A stretch of DNA of 64,000 nt, from contig JAUSFL010000023.1 in the NCBI GenBank assembly GCA_030649735.1, positions 44,617-108,616 of the forward strand, read 5' to 3'. The translations under genes and the position numbers were made by a program. Shown piece after piece: positions 54,989 through 64,000 of this stretch; position 1 is the first letter of the stretch, and each line of letters starts with the position of its first letter. This DNA is from Candidatus Iainarchaeum sp. GTDB taxonomy: Archaea; Iainarchaeota; Iainarchaeia; Iainarchaeales; UBA10191. The notes beneath the pieces were generated by a model that had not been told where the DNA came from, ran no database searches, and saw only the letters and a list, made by a program, of their open reading frames with translations.

Positions 54989-55720
54989 TCATTCGTCTTC
55001 ATGTTCGATTGCATGAGATGCAACGTCAACCACAGTTTTCAAGAACATGAAAAAGACAATTACTGGAATTTCCAAAATCATTGACAATGCGTCAATCTGG
55101 TCCGGATTTCCAGTAAAAACAGAGTATATAAACAACGGAATTGTCAGAATGCCGAAAAAGAAGCCCCCCAAAATTATTGTAAAATGCATTGGAATTATTC
55201 TGAGATATGGTTTGAACATGAAATTTCCAAAGTCTTTTGCCTTTTTTGGCTTGGAATTTTTCAGGTAATAAACTAAGGAAGCCGCGTGATTTGCGGCAAA
55301 GGGCAGTGCGCTTATCAAAATTCCCGCCAGCATTTTGCTTTCTGGAATTCCAATGAACATCAAGTACCCAAAATGGAAAAAGCCATAATGCAGCAGAAAG
55401 AAAAGAGCAAACCCGAGTTTTTTCTTATTGTTGATTTTTTTTTCTGTTTTAAAATAAGCCATCCTTAAAAAATGGAAAACTCCTATAAGGGCGCTTTGAA
55501 TCCAATAAGTGAACAGAATGTCATTCAAGCCCCATTGGAGCATGATTGCGAAAATTATTGTTGAAATATTGGAAAGGACCAATAGCCTTACTGTCGGGTC
55601 CTTGTTGAAGGAGTTCTTTATGAACGGGAACAATTTTTCCTTGTTGGTCAGAATGCCAAGGACATTATCAAAATTATTGGCTGAAAATTGTGGGTTTTTA
55701 GTTTCGGGCATTAGTTTCAC
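54989..55720 (-). CDS. Membrane protein (DUF6498-like)
   Basis: N....F...W......YW.QS..IG, FFLLHYGFFH..Y, MFKPY.RIIPMH.TII, LKT.VD...H. Confidence 0.7.
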   Translation of the reverse strand: MKLMPETKNPQFSANNFDNVLGILTNKEKLFPFIKNSFNKDPTVRLLVLSNISTIIFAIMLQWGLNDILFTYWIQSALIGVFHFLRMAYFKTEKKINNKKKLGFALFFLLHYGFFHFGYLMFIGIPESKMLAGILISALPFAANHAASLVYYLKNSKPKKAKDFGNFMFKPYLRIIPMHFTIILGGFFFGILTIPLFIYSVFTGNPDQIDALSMILEIPVIVFFMFLKTVVDVASHAIEHEDE

Positions 55721-55744
55721 TGGCGGTATTTTCTAATTCTTGGA

Positions 55745-56515
55745 TTATTTCAGCGCAGTCCTGGGCCAAAAAAGAATTATTATGAGGATTATGATTATTG
55801 CCGCCTGCAGGTAATGGTTTGTCATGATTGCCTTTCCAATGCTTCGCATTGTTTCAGAATCGACCACTGAATGATAGACTGCCCTGCTGTACTCAAGCCA
55901 GGCGCTAGGCCGCCTTAATTCCATTGCTGTCTCTCCAGTCAATTCCATGATGCTTTTTTCCCTGTAGGGAATTTCATCTTCTGGCGCTATTTCCCCGGTT
56001 GTTGCATTCACTACAAGCTCGAATGTTTCCTCATTGATTATTACTTCAACTCTCCAGAAAGGCACGAAAACTAGTTTAAAATTTGACAATTCGACGTTTT
56101 GCTTTGAAACTCCGAGCTTTGCGGCCAGGCGGATTGGCGCGATTTTTTTCACTTCGCTCTCTGACATGTTTGCTCTTTCAATATCGACTTCAATTCCTTC
56201 AGGCGCCGGGCTTTCCTTAAGCATTATTGGCTCTTCGCTTTCGCCCAGTTCTAAAAGCGATTCATCAAATTCCCCGCTTTGCGCGTTCAAAGCCATGCTT
56301 CCGGCTTGAGTGTCTTTCACAACCAATGCCCCGCTGTCTGCGTTCTTTTCTTCAAAAAAAGCGTCGTAAGCGAAAAAATAGTAAGGCAAGAACTGCAGCA
56401 TTGTAGACTTTGTTTCATAATGGTGCCAGAACTTTCTCCCCAAGGTCTTCTTGACAAGCTCGCCAAGCTGTTCTTTGGTGAAGGAAACCGGAAATGAAGG
56501 CTTTGTCAAAAACAT
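55745..56515 (-). CDS. Hypothetical protein with duplicated domain and C-terminal TM anchor
   Basis: Two units (FLPYYFF...LNAQSGE; FVPFWRV...VNATTGE); ends AAIIIILIIILFWPR. Confidence 0.65.
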   Translation of the reverse strand: MFLTKPSFPVSFTKEQLGELVKKTLGRKFWHHYETKSTMLQFLPYYFFAYDAFFEEKNADSGALVVKDTQAGSMALNAQSGEFDESLLELGESEEPIMLKESPAPEGIEVDIERANMSESEVKKIAPIRLAAKLGVSKQNVELSNFKLVFVPFWRVEVIINEETFELVVNATTGEIAPEDEIPYREKSIMELTGETAMELRRPSAWLEYSRAVYHSVVDSETMRSIGKAIMTNHYLQAAIIIILIIILFWPRTALK

Positions 56516-56623
56516 TAAAACACGAGAAATAAAAGGCCTTTCAGGCTATTAAAATTTTGCCTTTGCGCCATGCTAAAGAACTCTTTTTAAAAATCGTTTG
56601 AAACAGGTTTTCTAGAGTTTTCA

Positions 56624-57160
56624 ATGGGCCAGAAGCTAATTTTCATTCTCTTGCTTTCAGCAGCTTTATTGCTTTCAGGATGCGCAATTACTTTAAACCC
56701 TAAAGACATTGAATTAAGCCAAACGCCAGTGAATTCTGGCAGTGCTGGAAGCATTAATTCAGGCATTTCGCAAGACCAAAATCCCCAAATATTTCAAGTC
56801 ACTTTAACCTTGGCTGAAGTTGCAAAGCACAATAAAGCGGGGGATTGCTGGATGGCAATTAATGGAAAAGTCCTGGACTTATCAGGCTTTACAAACCATC
56901 CAAGCGGCTTGACTTACGCGCCTTACTGCGGCACTGACGCAACCCAAGCATACGGCAATAAAGGCGGTGGAGGTCCTCCGCATTCTTCAACAGCAGATGC
57001 AATGATGCAAAGTTTCTTTATTGGAAACTTGGGCGACAAAATTTCTGTTTCTGTTTTGGGAAATTCAACTGTCTCAAGCGTTTCAAGCAATTCAAGCAAT
57101 AATCAGCCTTCAAGCAGCCAGTCTGGAAGAGAACGCGATTTTGAAAGGGATGATGATTGA
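56624..57160 (+). CDS. Cytochrome b5-like heme-binding lipoprotein
   Basis: LSGC lipobox; TL.EVAKHN...DCW.AINGKV.DL..F..HPSG, CGTDAT..Y, HS..A..M...F.IG.L. Confidence 0.88.
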   Translation: MGQKLIFILLLSAALLLSGCAITLNPKDIELSQTPVNSGSAGSINSGISQDQNPQIFQVTLTLAEVAKHNKAGDCWMAINGKVLDLSGFTNHPSGLTYAPYCGTDATQAYGNKGGGGPPHSSTADAMMQSFFIGNLGDKISVSVLGNSTVSSVSSNSSNNQPSSSQSGRERDFERDDD

Positions 57161-57161
57161 A

Positions 57162-57794
57162 ATGCGAAAAGTCCTTTACATTTTTCTGGCTTTAGCGACT
57201 GTTCTTTTGGCGGCCTATCAGTCATTGTTTCCAATTCCTGCATTGACTTCAACCATACGGTTTTTGGCGCTTGAAGGGTTTTTCCTGCTTTGCGTTTCAT
57301 TAATTGTCGGGCCATTGGCTGTTTTAAATCCTGAAAAATTCTGCGCTTTAATCAAGCCGAGAAAGGCAATCGGCATTGCTTCCTTTGCTGTCGTCTTAGC
57401 GCATTTTTTCCTGGCTTTTGCGAATTTTAAGGCAGACCCTGCAGTGTTTTTTTCAAGCCCTTCATTAAGCATTGCATTTTTTGCTTTCTTGATTTTAGTG
57501 CTGATTGCCTTGACATCAACGCAATGGGCTTTGGAAAAGCTTGGTTTTTTCAAGTGGAAAACAATCCAAAGGCTTGCTTACTTTGTATTTGCGCTTTCTT
57601 TGGCGCATTTTTTGCTGAGCTCTAACGGATTGTTTGTTGTTTTTGGAAGCAAGGTTTTTGTCAATGCCGCGGAAATATCAATGCTTGCGTTGGCTGGAAT
57701 CACAATTGCCCTTCAAGTTTTGGGCTTTTTGAAAACGCGTTCCTTGAAGGCAAAGCGCGCAGAAACTCCTGAAGCAAATTGTAAAACTGATTAA
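57162..57794 (+). CDS. Ferric-reductase-like transmembrane protein (MsrQ/YedZ-like)
   Basis: SL.VGP, RKAIGI..F....AH, LIALTS, WK.IQRLAY.......AH. Confidence 0.8.
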   Translation: MRKVLYIFLALATVLLAAYQSLFPIPALTSTIRFLALEGFFLLCVSLIVGPLAVLNPEKFCALIKPRKAIGIASFAVVLAHFFLAFANFKADPAVFFSSPSLSIAFFAFLILVLIALTSTQWALEKLGFFKWKTIQRLAYFVFALSLAHFLLSSNGLFVVFGSKVFVNAAEISMLALAGITIALQVLGFLKTRSLKAKRAETPEANCKTD

Positions 57795-57840
57795 AAATTA
57801 GTTTTTTTTAGAAAAATAATTTGGAAAGAAAAAGCAGAAA

Positions 57841-58203
57841 TTAATCTGCTCCTCTTTTCTTGATTATTTTGACTTTTGAAGGAGTCACTAGAACTCTGTC
57901 TGCAGAAATTCTTGCAATGTCCCCGTCAATTTGCCCGGCAACTGTCTTCATTGCTGAAATGTATTCCCTCAATTTGAGAGCGTTTCTTTTTTGCATTTCC
58001 CCAATGTTCAACAATAGAATGTTTCCTTTCTTCATTTCCTCGATTGCTTTTGCAACGTCAGCGTCTTCATTCAAGACCATTGGCTTGACTAATGCGTCAG
58101 CATTCTCGTACATGCTTTCTTCGGAAACATCCAAGTTGTTCAGGAAGTCCTCGATTTGTTCATCATCAGCTTTTTTGCTGAATACCTTATCAAAAAAACC
58201 CAT
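57841..58203 (-). CDS. sepF: Cell division protein SepF
   Basis: MGFFDKVF amphipathic N-terminus; GNILLLNI; IDGDIARI....VLVTPSKVKI. Confidence 0.88.
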   Translation of the reverse strand: MGFFDKVFSKKADDEQIEDFLNNLDVSEESMYENADALVKPMVLNEDADVAKAIEEMKKGNILLLNIGEMQKRNALKLREYISAMKTVAGQIDGDIARISADRVLVTPSKVKIIKKRGAD

Positions 58204-58395
58204 TAAACCACCCCAAAAGAGCCTTTTTTGAGAAAAAATTACTAGTCTATTATTTATGCCGAACTTTATTTTAAGGCTATCGTTAAACACAAACTTCTGC
58301 GAACAACGAAAAAGAAAAAAGTTTGGAAAGCGAACTGATTAAAAGTTTAAACTTTCTTTACTAAATAACATATTGCTGTTTTTTTGGGGATTTTT

Positions 58396-59604
58396 TTGGG
58401 AAACTTGTTTGAGCAGGAATTGAATAGGGAAAGCGTTTTTTCAAACCGTGACGCAATAAGCCCGTACTTTATTCCAGACGCGCTTCCATTCCGCGAAAAG
58501 CAGATTAAAGAGATCACTGGCCTTTTGGCTGTTGTTTTGAAAGGTAAAAAGCCGAACAATCTTTTTGTTTATGGAAAAGTTGGTACTGGAAAAACTTGCG
58601 TTGTAAAGCATGTCTTGCAGGAATTGGATGAGTTTAAGCAAAAGCAGAATGCCCAAACACAATCATGCTACATAAACTGCAGGCTTCACAACTCAAAGTA
58701 TAAGGTTTTGCAAAAGCTTTGCAAAACACTTTATCCTAATGAAAACTTCCTTGGCTATTCTGCCTCTTTTGTTTTTGACAAGGTTTTGGATTTTTCCCGC
58801 GCAAAAAAAGCCAACTTGATCATTGCATTGGACGAGATTGACAAAGTGAAAGATTTGGACGAATTGGTTTACGCGCTTTCTCGTGGAAATGATGAGATAG
58901 AGAATGGCTTTGGCGGTGTGTCATTGATTGGAATTTCCAATAATGTGCTCTTCAAGGAAAGATTGGATGCGAGGACCAAAAGCTCGCTTTGCCAGGAAGA
59001 GCTTGTTTTTCCACCGTACAATGCTGAAGAATTGAAGGAAATCCTGAAGCAAAGAATTTCTCTGGCTTTCTTGCCAAACACTGTTCAGGAAAGCGCGTTA
59101 AATTTGGCAGCTGCAATTTCTGCCCAAGAGTCTGGAGATGCCCGCACTGCAGTATTGCTTTTGCTGCGTGCCGGAGAGCTTGCAGACAAGCAAGGGCTTG
59201 TGAAAGTTTCTGACGTTCAAGTGAAAGACGCAAAAAGCAAGGTTGAGGAAGAAATAACTTACAGCATGGTTTCAACTCTTCCAGACCAAGAGCAGTTAGT
59301 GCTTTACACCATTGCCTTGATGGCCTTGAAGGAAAAGCCATTGCCTAAAATCACTGGCCAGCAAGAGCAAGGCGTCTTAATGTCCGGCGAGGTTTTTGAA
59401 GAGTACCAGAAAGTAGCGAAAAGATTTAAGGAATCAAACGTCAGCGCGCGCTGGTTCCGCGCTTACATCAGCGAGCTGGAAACCTACGGCCTAATTTCCA
59501 CAACAAAAAGCGGGCCTGGAATGGTCGGCAACACGCGCTTGATAAAACTGAATGTCGAAGCCCACAAAGTGAAAGAAAGCATTGAGAAGGAAATTGCGGG
59601 CTGA
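58396..59604 (+). CDS. cdc6: Orc1/Cdc6 replication initiator
   Basis: F.NRD....F.PD.LPFRE.QI, YGKVGTGKT, YINC, LDEID, FPPYNAEEL..IL..R, GDAR, C-terminal wHTH; TTG start inferred. Confidence 0.95.
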   Translation: MGNLFEQELNRESVFSNRDAISPYFIPDALPFREKQIKEITGLLAVVLKGKKPNNLFVYGKVGTGKTCVVKHVLQELDEFKQKQNAQTQSCYINCRLHNSKYKVLQKLCKTLYPNENFLGYSASFVFDKVLDFSRAKKANLIIALDEIDKVKDLDELVYALSRGNDEIENGFGGVSLIGISNNVLFKERLDARTKSSLCQEELVFPPYNAEELKEILKQRISLAFLPNTVQESALNLAAAISAQESGDARTAVLLLLRAGELADKQGLVKVSDVQVKDAKSKVEEEITYSMVSTLPDQEQLVLYTIALMALKEKPLPKITGQQEQGVLMSGEVFEEYQKVAKRFKESNVSARWFRAYISELETYGLISTTKSGPGMVGNTRLIKLNVEAHKVKESIEKEIAG

Positions 59605-59662
59605 TTTTTACAAAAGGGAAAGATTAAATTGTTCAACTGCTTTTTTTGATTCTGTGGTTTGA

Positions 59663-60199
59663 ATGAATGATAAGGCTTGCGAAAAATTCGCTAATTTTAA
59701 CATAAACTTCGCTTTGATACTGGCTGGCCCAATGCTTGATTTTGTAATGGATGCTGGCGTGAAAATGAGCGAAGGAATTGGAACTGCTGTTGCTGGAATT
59801 GGGCCTGATTCTGAAAAAAGCAAGGAAAAAGTGAAGCAGACAATCAATGAAATGAAGCAAGAGCTGCCGGATAAGCGGATTCAAATTATTCAAGACATAC
59901 AGGCAGGCCTGTTAGCGCAAATGCCAAAAGCAAAAGAGTTTTTGAAAAAAGCCCCAGAGGACGCAATTTTTGAGGAAGGCTTTCAAATAATTGACAATTA
60001 CAATTTCACGCCGCTTCCAAAACTGTACTCTTCTTTAGACAACAAGCAATTGTTTGCCTACATTGACCTGGCAAAGGCAAATGACGCAAAGCTTGGCGAA
60101 ATGCTTGAAAAGCTGACTGAATGGATTGGGCGAATTTACACTAAATATCCTGGCTTGTTTCCGAAAAAAGGCAAGCCGCAAACAGCGGCAAAAAAGTGA
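59663..60199 (+). CDS. Hypothetical protein
   Basis: 178-aa ORF filling the gap after cdc6; no recognised motif. Confidence 0.6.
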   Translation: MNDKACEKFANFNINFALILAGPMLDFVMDAGVKMSEGIGTAVAGIGPDSEKSKEKVKQTINEMKQELPDKRIQIIQDIQAGLLAQMPKAKEFLKKAPEDAIFEEGFQIIDNYNFTPLPKLYSSLDNKQLFAYIDLAKANDAKLGEMLEKLTEWIGRIYTKYPGLFPKKGKPQTAAKK

Positions 60200-60205
60200 A
60201 AAGCT

Positions 60206-60454
60206 ATGGAAAAGAAAGAACTTTTGGGCTGGATTTTGTTTTTTTTAGGCTGCGTTATTATCTTGTTTCCTAGAATTTTTCCAAATTTAATTTGTGATTC
60301 AAGCAATACTATTTTGTTCTCCTTGTTTTGGGGTTGGTTTGTTTCAATTATTGGCGTTTGGGCTTTGCAGGCAAAATCCAAATTTTTAATTTTAATTCCA
60401 ATAATTCTAACCTTGTCAATCTTCGTCTTTTCGCTTTGTTTTCGCCTGTTATAG
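60206..60454 (+). CDS. Small membrane protein
   Basis: 82 aa, three hydrophobic segments. Confidence 0.5.
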   Translation: MEKKELLGWILFFLGCVIILFPRIFPNLICDSSNTILFSLFWGWFVSIIGVWALQAKSKFLILIPIILTLSIFVFSLCFRLL

Positions 60455-60457
60455 GTT

Positions 60458-62617
60458 TTAAAACTCGTCAATAGTGCTTTGCTCTAGCTCTTCAGCTGAA
60501 GGCTTTTCTTTTCCTATCTTTTCGCCAAAGTGCTCCTTGAGGTTTTTTGCGACTCCTGCGCCAAGCAAGATTTCCAAGTCCCGCAAGTCTGCCTTTTTCA
60601 CTGAAGAAATAGTGGTCAGGCCAGCATTGTACAGTTTGCGAGCCCTGACTCTTCCAATTCCTTTCAATTCAACCAATGCAATCAACTCTTCCTTGATTCC
60701 GTACTTCAATCTTTTGCGCAGCTTGCCTAAAGGCAAAAGATGCCGCTTTAACTCCAGCAATTGCGCAAGCTCGAAAGCGGCATAGGCAAGCCAGTCAAGC
60801 CTTTCAAGCTTTGCGTGCAAAATTCCGGGCTGCACGTTGAATTCTTTCATTAAAAGAATTTCGGGCTTTTCCTGCAGCCAAAGTTCGAGCAGTTTCACTG
60901 CACTGAATTTTTTCAATAAGTCAGAGTCTTCAAACATTGCAATGTCCACATTGACTGGAAATTCTTGTTTTCTTTCGAGCATTTCTTCCCAAAGCAATTC
61001 GTGCATTCCTTTAGGCACTGTTGGATATGGCGCGAACTCGAAATTGTCGCAAAGCAAGAAAAGTAATCCAGGGTTTGAAATTTCTTTTTTTCCCAGGGCA
61101 GTGATTATTTTGAAGGCTGAAAGCGGATCCAAGTAAAGTTCGCTCACGCGTTTTCCAAGCTTTGTTGCCTTGATTTCCTTTTCATTCAATTGCACAAAGC
61201 CCAAATTTTGCAGTTCTTCCAAAATGCCTTGAATTTTCAGGAAAAGCGCTTCCAGGTTTCCGTACTGGAGCGCGTAAAATGTTTTTTTGAAAAAATCCTC
61301 GAGCGATGCTAGGTCAAAGACAAAGCCTGACGCAATCACTGCGAGAGTGTGCGTTCTCAAAATTGGTTCAATTCCTAATTGGGAAGTTATTGCCTCCATT
61401 TGGCCGGTAATGTAATAGTCTTTCAGAAAGTCTGCCTCGCTTTCAGTCCTCGCAATGATTATTGATTCTCCAAACTTATCGTACTTTGGCCTTCCTGCCC
61501 TGCCGGCCATTTGCTTGTATTCGCGCACTGGAATTTTTGCGCTTCCCTCAGCTTCGCTGTATCTGTAAACGCTGGAGATTATAACACGGAATGCCGGCAA
61601 ATTCACGCCTGCAGCAAGTGTTGGAGTTGCTGTCAAAACCTTCAAATGGTTGCTTTTGAACAATTCTTCAATTAGTTCCCTTTGTTTTGCCATTAATCCC
61701 GCGTGATGGAATGCAATGCCTTGCCTTGCCAATTCGCTTAAAGTGCGGCATTGCTCTGTCGGCTGCTCTAATGTGTGCAGCAATTCTTGGGATTTCTTAA
61801 GTAAAGACTCTTTTTCCTTCTCACTTAATCTCTTTTCAACGGTTTTGGCGAGCTTTTTTGCCGTCGCTTCTGCTGACTTGCGCGTTGCGCAAAACACTAG
61901 CGCCTGCTTTTCCTTTTCATGCAAAGTCTGCTCAATGATTGCCTTCACTGAATCGTCTCCTGGAACTTCCTCAATTTCCCTCCCAAAATGCAATTGCTCG
62001 TTAAAATGAACTCCTTCTTTCAAATGCACTGGCCGAAAATCGCTTTCCACTAATTCGGCATTTAGCCATTTTGAAATCTCTTTCGAGTTGGGAATTGTTG
62101 CAGAAAGAGCGAGAATTTGCACTTTTGGATTCAGCTGCATTAATTCTGCGGTTGTCACTTCAATTGTCGGGCCGCGGTTTGAATCAAGTTCGTGAATTTC
62201 ATCAATAATGAGCAGGCCAATGCCTGAAAGCCATTCTGCCTTGTGCCTTACAAGGCTTTGCAGTTTTTCAAAAGTAGTGAAAATCAAGTCATAGTTCTGC
62301 AGATAGTTGGAGCTTGAGTCAAAGTCTCCAGTGCTCAATGCCATGCGGATTTTGCATTTGTCAGAGTATTTTTTCTTCCAGTCCTTGAAATGTTCTGAAG
62401 CCAAAGCGCGTAAAGGGCAAGTATAAACTGCCTTTCGCTTTTTTGCAATAATGCTGTTCAAAGCCAAAAGCTCTGCAGCAATTGTTTTTCCAGAAGCAGT
62501 CGGCGCTGAAACAACAATGTTTTTTGCCTTCCAATCCTTCTTCAAGACCTTCAATTGCATTTCATTGAATTCTTGGAAGCCATTGGCTTCAAGGACAACT
62601 TCCTCAATCTTTTCCAT
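60458..62617 (-). CDS. hel308: ATP-dependent DNA helicase Hel308 (Hjm)
   Basis: APTASGKT, PLRALASE, DEIH, LSAT, FHHAGL, TPTLAAGVNLPA, QMAGRAGRP, C-terminal HhH GIGRVRARKL. Confidence 0.95.
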   Translation of the reverse strand: MEKIEEVVLEANGFQEFNEMQLKVLKKDWKAKNIVVSAPTASGKTIAAELLALNSIIAKKRKAVYTCPLRALASEHFKDWKKKYSDKCKIRMALSTGDFDSSSNYLQNYDLIFTTFEKLQSLVRHKAEWLSGIGLLIIDEIHELDSNRGPTIEVTTAELMQLNPKVQILALSATIPNSKEISKWLNAELVESDFRPVHLKEGVHFNEQLHFGREIEEVPGDDSVKAIIEQTLHEKEKQALVFCATRKSAEATAKKLAKTVEKRLSEKEKESLLKKSQELLHTLEQPTEQCRTLSELARQGIAFHHAGLMAKQRELIEELFKSNHLKVLTATPTLAAGVNLPAFRVIISSVYRYSEAEGSAKIPVREYKQMAGRAGRPKYDKFGESIIIARTESEADFLKDYYITGQMEAITSQLGIEPILRTHTLAVIASGFVFDLASLEDFFKKTFYALQYGNLEALFLKIQGILEELQNLGFVQLNEKEIKATKLGKRVSELYLDPLSAFKIITALGKKEISNPGLLFLLCDNFEFAPYPTVPKGMHELLWEEMLERKQEFPVNVDIAMFEDSDLLKKFSAVKLLELWLQEKPEILLMKEFNVQPGILHAKLERLDWLAYAAFELAQLLELKRHLLPLGKLRKRLKYGIKEELIALVELKGIGRVRARKLYNAGLTTISSVKKADLRDLEILLGAGVAKNLKEHFGEKIGKEKPSAEELEQSTIDEF

Positions 62618-62631
62618 GCTTTTTTCCCGCT

Positions 62632-63444
62632 TTAATGCTTTATTACAGCTTTTACTTTTAGCCCGAACTGCTTTTCTAACCTAGTGGCTTCTTTTTTTAG
62701 GCTTTCATAATATTGCTCTGGATTTCCCATCAATTCATTCCATTGCCTGAATTCTTCAGGAAACTCTTTCTTCATTAAAGGAATCATTCTTGCCAAAACT
62801 GTCGGCTTTGTGTTGAGCATTTCAACAAACACAAAGTCCAAATCTTGCATTTCAGAAAACAATGCTTCCAAGTCAGTAATGCCCGGCAGCACTGGACCAA
62901 AGAAAGCATAAGTTTTCAACCCGCTTTTTTTTGCCTTTTTTAAAACGCGAATTCTTTCAGAAGCCGGGCTTGCAAACGGCTCTATGGCTTTAGAGCACTT
63001 GTCTTGCAAAGTGTTCACTGTCAAGCCAACTTCAGCATTCAATTCCTTCAAAACCCCAAAATCCCTTTCAACAAGCGAGGATTTTGTGAGAATTTGCAGT
63101 TCAAACTTTCTTCCATTTTTTGAGGCTGCAAAAGCTTCAAGAATCCCTTTAGTGAGCTGGAATTTGCGTTCTAAAGGCTGGTAGCAGTCTGTAACGCTTG
63201 AAAGCCAAACGCTTCCCGGCTTTTTCTTTTCCAGCTCTTTTGCAAGCACTTCAGCAATGTTTGTTCTAACATCAACAAATTGCCCCCAGTCTTCCCCAGA
63301 ATGGCCAGTAAAGCGCTTCATGAAGTCCGCATAGCAGTAATTGCAGGAATGCTGGCAGCCAATGTAAGGGTTTATTGCATAATCAATGCCTTCAATCCCG
63401 CAAGGCGTTAGGCAGGACTTGCACTCTATTTCCTTGACTTCCAT
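62632..63444 (-). CDS. Radical SAM protein, spore photoproduct lyase-like family
   Basis: INPYIGCQHSCNYCYA (CX3CX2C), SSVTDCYQP.E, LTKS..V.RD, EP.ASP..ER, GPVLPGITD. Confidence 0.88.
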   Translation of the reverse strand: MEVKEIECKSCLTPCGIEGIDYAINPYIGCQHSCNYCYADFMKRFTGHSGEDWGQFVDVRTNIAEVLAKELEKKKPGSVWLSSVTDCYQPLERKFQLTKGILEAFAASKNGRKFELQILTKSSLVERDFGVLKELNAEVGLTVNTLQDKCSKAIEPFASPASERIRVLKKAKKSGLKTYAFFGPVLPGITDLEALFSEMQDLDFVFVEMLNTKPTVLARMIPLMKKEFPEEFRQWNELMGNPEQYYESLKKEATRLEKQFGLKVKAVIKH

Positions 63445-63462
63445 AATCTTATCTGTTTTGAA

Positions 63463-63690
63463 TTATTCCTTTAAAGCCAAGTACTCGAATGCCTTTTGGC
63501 CTGCAAGCAGCAAATTAGGCAAGTCTGCCTTTCTGAAGCTTTGCGAATGCTGCCATTCCCCGCTTTGGGTCTTGAAAGACTTTTGAAAGCTCACGCTTTC
63601 CACTGTTGTTTCCTTCCCATTGAGCTCTTTCTTGTTTTCCCAAATGCTTGCGCTTACTGCCCCTGCTGAAAACTTTTTTACTGGCTGCAT
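63463..63690 (-). CDS. Small putative ssDNA-binding protein (PC4-like fold)
   Basis: KF.AGAVSASIWEN...SVSFQKSFK...GEW..SQSF...DLP.L...AFEYL. Confidence 0.65.
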   Translation of the reverse strand: MQPVKKFSAGAVSASIWENKKELNGKETTVESVSFQKSFKTQSGEWQHSQSFRKADLPNLLLAGQKAFEYLALKE

Positions 63691-63781
63691 GAATTCCACT
63701 CTCCCAAAAAATACTATATTATGGTTTTTGGAAAATCAGTGTTTTTAAAGTTTGCAAGCGCGAGATTTCCGGTCGAAAGAA

Positions 63782-64000
63782 TCATTTTCTTCCAAGCATT
63801 GCCCAAACTTGCGTAATGCTTAATTTCTTCCAGCCCCTTGCTTCTGCTTTTTTTCCAGCGTTTTCTGAAAGAACTGCAATTCCGCCTTGCGGCGTTTTAT
63901 AGAAAGAGCGGTTTTTTCCAGAATGCGCAAGCCTATTCCTTAAGGCCCAGCCTGGCTTTCCCATTTTTTCAAAAAGTTCAGCAGCCAAATGCGGCTTTGG
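63782..64000 (-). CDS. C-terminal part of a hypothetical basic protein (5' end outside window)
   Basis: Frame remains open to the window edge; ends AMLGRK. Confidence 0.45.
   Translation of the reverse strand, partial: PKPHLAAELFEKMGKPGWALRNRLAHSGKNRSFYKTPQGGIAVLSENAGKKAEARGWKKLSITQVWAMLGRK

Noticed and set aside
58204-58395. Replication origin next to cdc6
   Set aside because: AT-rich with three short CGAAC repeats, but no recognisable ORB (TTCCAGTGGAAA...GGGG) elements; explained equally well by divergent promoters.
1-64000. The many antisense or out-of-frame ORFs of 60-210 aa in the ORF track (e.g. 4139-4672, 39185-39745, 42949-43575, 43641-44168)
   Set aside because: They lie within well-supported genes, lack motifs, and are expected shadows of codon bias.
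1-64000. tRNA, rRNA, transposase or integrase genes
   Set aside because: Intergenic gaps are short and AT-rich, and I saw no cloverleaf/T-loop signature or DDE/tyrosine-recombinase motif. A tRNAscan-SE/Infernal run would confirm.

Overview
This is a gene-dense chromosomal window from an archaeon. The evidence is the archaeal ribosomal proteins (L7Ae, S28e, L24e, S6e, S24e, S27ae, S15, S3ae), aIF5B, aIF2-gamma, Rpo7/Spt4, PolD (DP1/DP2), Orc1/Cdc6, Hel308, KEOPS Kae1/Bud32, CarS, type-2 IPP isomerase and TTTAAA/TTTATT TATA-like boxes about 25 nt ahead of many start codons. Divergent sequences, many orphans, Cys-rich surface proteins and the grpE-dnaK-dnaJ, secDF and ilvBN genes suggest a DPANN lineage (Diapherotrites/Iainarchaeota-like); this assignment is inference. 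I recognised no rRNA, tRNA, CRISPR array or transposase. The most notable signals are: (1) an unannotated 25-codon Val/Leu-rich leader ORF with alternative hairpins directly upstream of ilvBN, resembling a bacterial ribosome-mediated attenuator in an archaeon; (2) a dispersed set of orphan Lys/Arg-rich proteins with shared MP(A/L)(R/K)-type N-termini and basic C-terminal tails; (3) an MtrA-like/ThyA/DUF4346-like fusion within a nucleotide-metabolism cluster; (4) a free-standing HTH-LAGLIDADG endonuclease inserted exactly at the dnaK start codon; (5) a kink-turn covering the rpl7ae Shine-Dalgarno, plus other structured ribosomal-protein leaders; (6) a cytochrome b5-like lipoprotein with an MsrQ-like partner. 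All product calls come from motif recognition by eye, with no database searches. Start sites were adjusted where an SD or TATA box supported it.
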